From Eledone cirrhosa (Eukaryota): a stretch of DNA of 64,000 bases. Position 1 is the stretch's first letter, and every line of letters begins with the position of its first letter. The position numbers were made by a program, and so were the translations under genes. Under the pieces are notes generated by a model. That model did not search any database and was not told where the DNA came from. It saw only the letters and a program-made list of their open reading frames with translations. Below are positions 52,901 to 64,000 of the stretch, one piece after another. The stretch is from NCBI GenBank assembly GCA_964016885.1, contig OZ024740.1:16306001-16370000 (forward strand). The letters run 5' to 3'.

Positions 52901-55900
52901 TGGCTTCTAGACAGAGCTTTACAGGGAGATATCAGAGTAAATATGGTGGCTTCTGGACAGAGGTTTACAGGGAGACATCAGTGTAAATATGGTGGCTTCT
53001 GGACAGAGGTTTGCAGGGAGACATCAGTGTAAATATGGTGTCTTCTGGACAGAGCTTTACAGGGAGACATTAGTGTAAATATGGTGGCTTCTAGACAGAG
53101 ATTTACAGGGAGATATCAGAGTAAATATGGTGGCTTCTGGACAGAGGTTTACAGGGAGACATCAGTGTAAATATGGTGGCTTCTAGACAGAGGTTTACAG
53201 GGAGACATCAGTGTAAATATGTTGGCTTCTGGACAGAAGTTTACAGAGAGTATCAGTGTAAATATGGTGACTTCTGGACAGAGGTTTACAGGGAGACATC
53301 ACTGTAAATATGGTTGGTTCTAGACAGAGGTTTACAGGGAGACATCTGTGTAAGTATGGTGGCTTCTGTACAGAGGTTTACAGGGAGACATCAGTGTAAA
53401 TATGGTGGCTTCTAGATAGAGGTTTACAGGGAGACATCAGTGTAAATATGGTGGCTTCTAGACAGAGGTTTACTGGGAGACATCACTGTAAATATGGTGT
53501 CTTCTGGACAGAGCTTTACAGGGAGACATTAGTGTAAATATGGTGGCTTCTAGACAGAGCTTTACAGGGAGATATCAGAGTAAATATGGTGGCTTCTGGA
53601 CTGAGGTTTACAGGGAGACATCAGTGTAAATATGGTTACTTCTGGACAGAGGTTTACAGGGCGATATTAGTGTAAAAATGGTGGCTTCTAGACAGATGTT
53701 TACTGGGAGACATCAGTGTAAATATGGTGGCTTCTAGACAAAGATTTACAGGGAGACATCAGTGTAAATATGGTGGCTTCTAGACAGAGCTTTACAGGGA
53801 GACATCAGTATAAAAAGGGTGGCTTCTAGACAGAGCTTTACAGGGAGACATCAGTGTAAAAATGGTTGCTTCTGGAAAGGTTTACAAGGAGACATCAGTG
53901 TAAATATGGTGGCTTCTGGACAGAGGTTTACAGGGAGGCATCAGTGTAAATATGTTGGCTTCTAGACAGAGGTTTACAGGGAAACATCAGTGTAAATAAG
54001 GTGGCTTCTGGATAGAGGTTTACAGGGAGACATCAGTGTAAATATGGTGGCTTCTGGACAGAGGTTTACAGGGAGACATCAGTGTAAATATGGTGGCTTC
54101 TGGACAGAGCTTTACAGGGAGATATCAGAGTAAATATGGTGGCTTCTGGACAGAGGTTTACAGGGAGACATCAGTGTAAATATGGTGGCTTCTGGACAGA
54201 GGTTTACAGGGAGACATCAGTGTAAATATGGTAGGTCCTAGACAGGTTTACAGGGAGACATCTGTGTAAATATGGTGGCTTCTGGACAGAGGTTTACTGG
54301 GAGACATCAGTGTAAATATGGTGGATTCTAGACAGAGCTTTACAGGGAGACATCAGTGTAAATATGGTGGCTTCTGGACAGAGTTTTACAGGGAGACATC
54401 AGTGTAAATATGGTGGCATCTGGACAGAGGTTTACAGGGACACATCAGTGTAAATATGGTGGCTTCTAGAGAGAGCTTTACAGGGAGATTTCAGAGTAAA
54501 TATCGTGGCTTCTGGACAAAGCTTTACAGGGAGACATCAGTGTAAATATGGTGGCTTCTAGTAAGAGATTTACTGGGAGACATCAGTGTAAATATGGTGG
54601 CTTCTAGACAGAGCTTTACAGGGAGACAACAGTGTAAATATGGTGGCTTCTGGACAAAGGTTTACAGAGAGATATCAGTGTAAATATGGTGGCTTCTAGA
54701 CAGTGCTTTGCAGGGAGACATAAGTGTAAATATGGTGGCTTCTGGACAGAGGTTTACAGGGAGACATCAGAGTAAATATGGTGGCTTCTAGACAGACGTT
54801 TACAGGGAGACATCAGTGTAATTATGGTGGCATCTAGACAGAGGTTTACAGGGAGACATTAGTGTAAATATGGTGGCTTCTAGACAGAGCTTTACAGGGA
54901 GATATCAGAGTAAATATGGTGGCTTCTGGACAGAGTTTTACAGGGAGACATCAGTGTAAATATGGTGGCTTCTGGACAGAGGTTTACAGGGAGACATCAG
55001 TGTAAATATGGTGGGTCCTAGACAGGTTTACAGGGAGACATCTGTGTAAATATGGTGGCTTCTGGACAGAGGTTTACAGGGAGACATCAGTGTAAATATG
55101 GTGGATTCTAGACAGAGCTTTACAGGGAGACATCAGTGTAAATATGGTTGCTTCTAGACAGTGGTTTACAGGGAGACATCAGTGTAAATATGGTGGCTTC
55201 TGGACAGAGGTTTACAGGGAGACATCAGTGTAAATATGGTTGCTTCTAGACAGAGGTTTACAGGGAGACATCAGTGTAAATATGGTGGCTTCTGGACAGA
55301 GGTTTACAGGGAGACATCAGTGTAAAAATGGTTGCTTCTAGACAGAGGTTTACAGGGAGACCTCAGTGTAAATATGGTGGCTTCTGGACAGAGGTTTACA
55401 GGGAGACATTAGTGTAAATATGGTGGCTTCTGGACAGAGCTTTACAGGGAGACATCAGTGTAAATATGGTGGCATCTGGACAGAGGTTTACAGGGACACA
55501 TCAGTGTAAATATGGTGGCTTCTAGACAGAGCTTTACAGGGAGACATCAGTGGTGTAAATATGGTGGCTTCTGGACAGAGATTTACAGGGAGACATCAGT
55601 GTAAATATGGTGGCATCTGGACAGAGCTTTACAGGGACACATCAGTGTAAATATGGTGGCTTCTAGACAGAGCTTTACAGGGAGATATCAGAGTAAATAT
55701 GGTGGCTTCTGGACAGAGGTTTACAGGGAGACATCAGTGTAAATATGGTCGCTTCTAGGGAGAGCTTTACAGGGAGATATCAGAGTAAATATGGTGGCTT
55801 CTGGACAGAGGTTTACAGGGAGACATCAGTGTAAATATGGTGGCTTCTAGACGGAGGTTTACAGGGAGCCATCAGTGTATATATGGTGGCTTCTGGACAG

Positions 55901-58900
55901 AGGTTTACAGGGAGACATTAGTGTAAGTATGGTGGCTTCTGGACAGAGCTTTACAGGGAGACATCAGTGTAAATATGTTGGCTTCTGGACAGAAGTTTAC
56001 AGAGAGCATCAGTGTAAATATGGTGACTTCTGGACAGAGGTTTACAGGGATACGTCAGTGTAAATATGGTGGGTTCTAGACAGAGGTTTACAGGGAGACA
56101 TCTGTGTAAATATGGTGGCTTCTGGACAGAGGTTTACAGGGAGACATCAGTGTAAATATGGTGGCTTCTAGATAGAGGTTTACAGGGAGACATCAGTGTA
56201 AATATGGTGGCTTCTGGACAGAGGTTTACATGGAGATATCAGTGTAAATATGGTTGCTTCTTGATAGAGCTTTACAGGGAAATATCAGAGTAAATATGGT
56301 GGGTTCTAGCCAGAGGTTTACAGGGAGACATCAGTGTAAATATGGTGGCTTCTGGACAGAGTTTTACAGGGAGACATCAGTGTAAATATGTTGGTTTCTG
56401 GACAGAAGTTTACAGAGAGTATCAGTGTAAATATGGTGACTTCTGGACAGAGGTTTACAGGGAGACATCAGTGTAAATATGGTTGGTTCTAGACAGAGGT
56501 TTACAGGGAGACATCTGTGTAAGTATGGTGGCTTCTGTACAGAGGTTTACAGGGAGACATCAGTGTAAATATGGTGGCTTCTAGATAGAGGTTTACAGGG
56601 AGACATCAGTGTAAATATGGTGGCTTCTAGACAGAGGTTTACTGGGAGACATCACTGTAAATATGGTGTCTTCTGGACAGGGCTTTACAGGGAGACAATA
56701 GTGTAAATATGGTGGCTTCTAGACAGAGCTTTACAGGGAGATATCAGAGTAAATATGGTGGCTTCTGGACAGAGGTTTACAGGGAGACATCAGTGTAAAT
56801 ATGGTGGCCTCTAGACAGAGGTTTACAGGGAGACATCAGTCTAAATATGGTGGCTTCTAGACGGAGGTTTACAAGGAGATATCAGTGTAAATATGGTTAC
56901 TTCTGGACAGAGGTTTACAGGGAGATATTAGTGCAAATATGGTGTCCTCTGGACAGAGCTTTACAGGGAGATATCAGAGTAAATATGGTGGCTTCTAGAC
57001 AAAGCTTTACAGGGAGACATCAGTGTAAATATGGTGGCTTCTAGACAGAGGTTTACTGGGAGACATCAGTGTAAATATGGTGGCTTCTAGACAAAGCTTT
57101 ACAGGGAGACATCAGTGTAAATATGGTGGCTTCTAGACAGAGCTTTACAGGGAGACATCAGTGTAAAAAGGGTGGCTTCTAGACAGAGCTTTACAGGGAG
57201 ACATCAGTGTAAATATGGTGGCATCTGGACAGAGGTTTACAGGGACACATCAGTGTAAATATGGTGGCTTCTAGAGAGAGCTTTACAGGGAGATTTCAGA
57301 GTAAATATCGTGGCTTCTGGACAAAGCTTTACAGGGAGACATCAGTGTAAATATGGTGGCTTCTAGTAAGAGATTTACTGGGAGACATCAGTGTAAATAT
57401 GGTGGCTTCTAGACAGAGCTTTACAGGGAGACAACAGTGTAAATATGGTGGCTTCTGGACAAAGGTTTACAGAGAGATATCAGTGTAAATATGGTGGCTT
57501 CTAGACAGTGCTTTGCAGGGAGACATAAGTGTAAATATGGTGGCTTCTGGACAGACGTTTACAGGGAGACATCAGAGTAAATATGGTGGCTTCTAGACAG
57601 ACGTTTACAGGGAGACATCAGTGTAAATATGGTGGCATCTAGACAGAGCTTTACAGGGAGACATCAGTGTAAATATGGTGGCTTCTGGACAGAGGTTTAC
57701 AGGGAGACATCAGTGTAAATATGGTGGGTCCTAGACAGGTTTACAGGGAGACATCTGTGTAAATATGGTGGCTTCTGGACAGAGGTTTACAGGGAGACAT
57801 CAGTGTAAATATGGTGGATTCTAGACAGAGCTTTACAGGGAGACATCAGTGTAAATATGGTTGCTTCTAGACAGTGGTTTACAGGGAGACATCAGTGTAA
57901 ATATGGTGGCTTCTGGACAGAGGTTTACAGGGAGACATCAGTGTAAATATGGTTGCTTCTAGACAGAGGTTTACAGGGAGACATCAGTGTAAATATGGTG
58001 GCTTCTGGACAGAGGTTTACAGGGAGACATCAGTGTAAAAATGGTTGCTTCTAGACAGAGGTTTACAGGGAGACCTCAGTGTAAATATGGTGGCTTCTGG
58101 ACAGAGGTTTACAGGGAGACATTAGTGTAAATATGGTGGCTTCTGGACAGAGCTTTACAGGGAGACATCAGTGTAAATATGGTGGCATCTGGACAGAGGT
58201 TTACAGGGACACATCAGTGTAAATATGGTGGCTTCTAGACAGAGCTTTACAGGGAGACATCAGTGGTGTAAATATGGTGGCTTCTGGACAGAGATTTACA
58301 GGGAGACATCAGTGTAAATATGGTGGCATCTGGACAGAGCTTTACAGGGACACATCAGTGTAAATATGGTGGCTTCTAGACAGAGCTTTACAGGGAGATA
58401 TCAGAGTAAATATGGTGGCTTCTGGACAGAGGTTTACAGGGAGACATCAGTGTAAATATGGTCGCTTCTAGGGAGAGCTTTACAGGGAGACGTCAGTGTA
58501 AATATGGTGGGTTCTAGACAGAGGTTTACAGGGAGACATCAGTGTAAATATGGTGGCTTCTGGACAGAGGTTTACAGGGAGACATCAGTGTAAATATGGT
58601 GGCTTCTAGATAGAGGTTTACAGGGAGACATCAGTGTAAATATGGTGGCTTCTGGACAGAGGTTTACATGGAGATATCAGTGTAAATATGGTTGCTTCTT
58701 GATAGAGCTTTACAGGGAAATATCAGAGTAAATATGGTGGGTTCTAGCCAGAGGTTTACAGGGAGACATCAGTGTAAATATGGTGGCTTCTGGACAGAGT
58801 TTTACAGGGAGACATCAGTGTAAATATGTTGGTTTCTGGACAGAAGTTTACAGAGAGTATCAGTGTAAATATGGTGACTTCTGGACAGAGGTTTACAGGG

Positions 58901-61900
58901 AGACATCAGTGTAAATATGGTTGGTTCTAGACAGAGGTTTACAGGGAGACATCTGTGTAAGTATGGTGGCTTCTGTACAGAGGTTTACAGAGAGACATCA
59001 GTGTAAATATGGTGGCTTCTAGATAGAGGTTTACAGGGAGACATCAGTGTAAATATGGTGGCTTCTAGACAGAGGTTTACTGGGAGACATCACTGTAAAT
59101 ATGGTGTCTTCTGGACAGGGCTTTACAGGGAGACAATAGTGTAAATATGGTGGCTTCTAGACAGAGCTTTACAGGGAGATATCAGAGTAAATATGGTGGC
59201 TTCTGGACAGAGGTTTACAGGGAGACATCAGTGTAAATATGGTGGCTTCTAGACAGAGGTTTACAGGGAGACATCAGTCTAAATATGGTGGCTTCTAGAC
59301 GGAGGTTTACAAGGAGATATCAGTGTAAATATGGTTACTTCTGGACAGAGGTTTACAGGGAGATATTAGTGCAAATATGGTGTCTTCTGGACAGAGCTTT
59401 ACAGGGAGATATCAGAGTAAATATGGTGGCTTCTAGACAAAGCTTTACAGGGAGACATCAGTGTAAATATGGTGGCTTCTAGACAGAGGTTTACTGGGAG
59501 ACATCAGTGTAAATATGGTGGCTTCTAGACAAAGCTTTACAGGGAGACATCAGTGTAAATATGGTGGCATCTAGACAGAGCTTTACAGGGAGACATCAGT
59601 GTAAAAAGGGTGGCTTCTAGACAGAGCTTTACAGGGAGACATCAGTGTAAAAATGGTTGCTTCTGGACAGAGGTTTACAGGGAGACATCAGTGTAAATAT
59701 GGTGGCTTCTGGACAGAGGTTTACAGGGAGACATCAGTGTAAATATGTTGGCTTCTAGACAGAGGTTTACAGGGAGATATCAGTGTAAATAAGGTGGCTT
59801 CTGGATAGAGGTTTACAGGGAGACATCAGTGTAAATATGGTGGCTTCTGGACAGAGGTTTACAGGGAGACATCAGTGTAAATATGGTGGCTTCTGGACAG
59901 AGCTTTACAGGGAGATATCAGTGTAAATATGGTGGCTTCTGGACAGAGCTTTACAGGGAGACATCAGTGTAAATATGGTGGCTTCTGGACAGAGGTTTAC
60001 AGGGAGACATCAGTGTAAATATGGTGGGTCCTAGACAGGTTTACAGGGAGACATCTGTGTAAATATGGTGGCTTCTGGACAGAGGTTTACAGGGAGACAT
60101 CAGTGTAAATATGGTGGATTCTAGACAGAGCTTTACAGGGAGACATCAGTGTAAATATGGAGGCTTCTGGACAGAGTTTTACAGGGAAACATCAGTGTAA
60201 AAATGGTTGCTTTTAGACAGAGGTTTACAGGGAGACCTCAGTGTAAATATGGTGGCTTCTGGACAAAGCTTTACAGGGAGACATCAGTGTAAATATGGTG
60301 GCATCTGGACAGAGGTTTACAGGGACACATCAGTGTAACTATGGTGGCTTCTAGACAGAGCTTTACAGGGAGACATCAGTGGTGTAAATATGGTGGCTTC
60401 TGGACAGAGATTTACAGGGACACATCAGTGTAAATATGGTGGCTTCTAGAGAGAGCTTTACAGGGAGATTTCAGAGTAAATATCGTGGCTTCTGGACAAA
60501 GCTTTACAGGGAGACATCAGTGTAAACATGGTGGCTTCTAGTAAGAGATTTACTGGGAGACATCAGTGTAAATATGGTGGCTTCTAGACAGAGCTTTACA
60601 GGGAGACAACAGTGTAAATATGGTGGCTTCTGGACAAAGGTTTACAGAGAGATATCAGTGTAAATATGGTGGCTTCTAGACGGAGGTTTACAGGGAGCCA
60701 TCAGTGTAAATATGGTGGCTTCTAGACAGAGCTTTAAGGGAGATATCAGTGTAAATATGGTGGCTTCTGGACAGAGGTTTACAGGGAGACATCAGTGTAA
60801 ATATGGTGGCATCTGGACAGAGGTTTACAAGGAGACATCAGTGTAAATATGGTGGCTTCTGGACAGAGCTTTACAGGGAGATATCAGTGTAAATATGGTG
60901 GCTTCTGGACAGAGGTTTACAGGGAGACATCAGTGTAAATATGGTGACTTCTGGACAGAGGTTTACAAGGAGACATCAGTGTAGATATGGTGGCTTCTGG
61001 ACAGAGCTTTACAGGGAGACATTAGTGGAAATATGGTGGCTTCTGGACAGAGCTTTACAAGGAGACATCAGTGTAAATATGGTGGCTTCTGGACAAAGCT
61101 TTACAGGGAGACATTAGTGTAAATATCGTGGCTTCTGGACAGAGCTTTACAGGGAGACATCAGTGTAAATATGGTGGCATCTGGACAGAGGTTTAAAGGG
61201 ACACATCAGTGTAAATATGATGGCTTCTAGACAGAGCTTTACAGGGAGATATCAGTGTAAATATGGTGGCTTCTAGACACTGCTTTGCAGGGTGACATAA
61301 GTGTAAATATGGTGGCTTCTGGACAGAGGTTTACAGCGGGACATCAGAGTAAATATGGTGGCTTCTAGACAGACGTTTACAGGGAGACATCAGTGTAAAT
61401 ATGGTGGCATCTGGACAGAGGTTTACAGGGAGACATTAGTGTAAATATGGTGGCTTCTAGACAGAGCTTTACAGGGAGATATCAGAGTAAATATGGTGGC
61501 TTGTGGACAGAGGTTTACAGGGAGACATCAGTGTAAATATGGTGGCATCTGGACAGAGGTTTAAAGGGACACATCAGTGTAAATATGATGGCTTCTGGAC
61601 AGAGCTTTACAGGGAGACATTAGTGTAAATATCGTGGCTTCTGGACAGAGCTTTCCAGGGAGACATCAGTGTAAATATGGTGGCATCTGGACAGAGGTTT
61701 AAAGGGACACATCAGTGTAAATATGATGGCTTCTAGACAGAGCTTTACAGGGAGACATCAGTGTAAATATGGTGGGTCCTAGACAAGTTTACAGGGAGAC
61801 ATCTGTGTAAATATGGTGGCTTCTGGACAGAGGTTTACAGGGAGACATCAGTGTAAATATGGTGGATTCTAGACAGAGCTTTACAAGGAGACATCAGTGT

Positions 61901-64000
61901 AAATATGGTTGCCTCTAGACAGTGGTTTACAGGGAGACATCGGTGTAAATATGGTGGCTTCTGGACAGAGGTTTACAGGGAGACATCAGTGTAAATATGG
62001 TTGCTTCTAGACAGAGGTTTACATGGAGACATCAGTGTAAATATGGTGGCTTCTGGACAGAGGTTTACAGGGAGACCTCAGTGTAAATATGGTGGCTTCT
62101 GGACAGAGGTTTACAAGGAGACATCAGTGTAAATATGGTGGCTTCTGGACAGAGCTTTACAGGGAGACATTAGTGAAAATATGGTGTCTTCTGGACAGAG
62201 CTTTACAAGGAGACATCAGTGTAAATATGGTGGCTTCTGGACAGTGCTTTACAGGTAGACATTAGTGTAAATATCGTGGCTTCTGGACAGAGCTTTACAG
62301 GGAGACATCAGTGTAAATATGGTGGCATCTGGACAGAGGTTTAAAGGGACACATCAGTGTAAATATGATGGCTTCTGGACAGAGCTTTACAGGGAGACAT
62401 TAGTGTAAATATCGTGGCTTCTGGACAGAGCTTTCCAGGGAGACATCAGTGTAAATATGGTGGCATCTGGACAGAGGTTTAAAGGGACACATCAGTGTAA
62501 ATATGATGGCTTCTAGACAGAGCTTTACAGGGAGACATCAGTGTAAATATGGTGGGTCCTAGACTAGTTTACAGGGAGACATCTGTGTAAATATGGTGGC
62601 TTCTGGACAGAGGTTTACAGGGAGACATCAGTGTAAATATGGTGGATTCTAGACAGAGGTTTACTGGGAGACATCAGTGTAAATATGGTGGCTTCTAGAC
62701 AAAGCTTTACAGGGAGACATCAGTGTAAATATGGTGGCTTCTAGACAGAGCTTTACAGGGAGACATCAGTGTAAAAAGGGTGGCTTCTAGACAGAGCTTT
62801 ACAGGGAGACATCAGTGTAAAAATGGTTGCTTATGGACAGAGGTTTACAGGGAGACATCAGTGTAAATATGGTGGCTTCTGGACAGAGGTTTACAGGGAG
62901 ACATCAGTGTAAATATGTTGGCTTCTAGACAGAGGTTTACAGGGAGATATCAGTGTAAATAAGGTGGCTTCTGGATAGAGGTTTACAGGGAGACATCAGT
63001 GTAAATATGGTGGCTTCTGGACAGAGGTTTACAGGGAGACATCAGTGTAAATATGGTGGCTTCTGGACAGAGCTTTACAGGGAGACATCAGTGTAAATAT
63101 GGTGGCTTCTGGACAGAGGTTTACAGGGAGACATCAGTGTAAATATGGTGGGTCCTAGACAGGTTTACAGGGAGACAACTGTGTAAATATGGTGGCTTCT
63201 GGACAGAGGTTTACAGGGAGACATCAGTGTAAATATGGTGGATTCTAGACAGAGCTTTACAGGGAGACATCAGTGTAAATATGGAGGCTTCTGGACAGAG
63301 TTTTACAGGGAAACATCAGTGTAAAAATGGTTGCTTTTAGACAGAGGTTTACAGGGAGACCTCAGTGTAAATATGGTGGCTTCTGGACAGAGGTTTACAG
63401 GGAGACATTAGTGTAAATATGGTGGCTTCTGGACAAAGCTTTACAGGGAGACATCAGTGTAAATATGGTGGCATCTGGACAGAGGTTTACAGGGACACAT
63501 CAGTGTAACTATGGTGGCTTCTAGACAGAGCTTTACAGGGAGACATCAGTGGTGTAAATATGGTGGCTTCTGGACAGAGATTTACAGGGACACATCAGTG
63601 TAAATATGGTGGCTTCTAGAGAGAGCTTTACAGGGAGATTTCAGAGTAAATATCGTGGCTTCTGGACAAAGCTTTACAGGGAGACATCAGTGTAAATATG
63701 GTGGCTTCTAGTAAGAGATTTACTGGGAGACATCAGTGTAAATATGGTGGCTTCTAGACAGAGCTTTACAGGGAGACAACAGTGTAAATATGGTGGCTTC
63801 TGGACAAAGGTTTACAGAGAGATATCAGTGTAAATATGGTGGCTTCTAGACGGAGGTTTACAGGGAGCCATCAGTGTAAATATGGTGGCTTCTAGACAGA
63901 GCTTTACAGGGAGATATCAGTGTAAATATGGTGGCTTCTGGACAGAGGTTTACAGGGAGACATCAGTGTAAATATGGTGGCATCTGGACAGAGGTTTACA
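10923..64000 (+). repeat. 46-bp satellite array, about 1,150 head-to-tail monomers, runs off the window end
   Basis: Consensus GACAGAG[G/C]TTTACAGGGAGA[C/T]ATCAGTGTAAATATGGTGGCTTCT[G/A]. Period is 46 (GACAGA at 10925, GACAAA at 10971). 53,078/46 is about 1,154. I saw no insertions or inversions, only rare -1, -2, +1 and +3 indels. Confidence 0.99.

Noticed and set aside
11740-59482. Short ORFs (MVASGQRF..HQCKYGGF) in the satellite as protein-coding genes
   Set aside because: They are chance read-throughs where variants remove the TAA/TAG stops. The 46-bp period cycles through all three frames.
10923-64000. CRISPR array
   Set aside because: Monomers are contiguous with no unique spacers, there are no cas genes, and the context is eukaryotic retroelements.

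Overview
Eukaryotic repeat-only DNA. The SINE family resembles ones I recall from octopus/cephalopod genomes, so that origin is an inference. No host gene, RNA gene or CRISPR array is supported. Bases 1-10.9 kb are a pile of non-LTR retroelements. Three related Tx1/L1-type LINE copies and a tRNA-derived SINE lie in the same (-) orientation, separated by (AAT)n microsatellites. An R4/Dong-like restriction-endonuclease LINE fragment (+) ends in one of the same (AAT)n tracts. CR1, RTE and probable Penelope remnants and more SINE copies follow. The Tx1-like LINEs and the SINEs share a 3' terminal motif, CCTTGTG-N8-AGAAA-(ATT)n. From 10,923 to the window end there is an uninterrupted, single-orientation 46-bp satellite (about 1,150 monomers) with nested higher-order duplications (offsets 1,929, 3,953, 2,941+3,675=6,616, 8,540 and 2,438 bp). 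The most interesting signal is an apparent (AAT)n-targeting Tx1 LINE/SINE partnership in which each insertion's tail supplies the target for the next.
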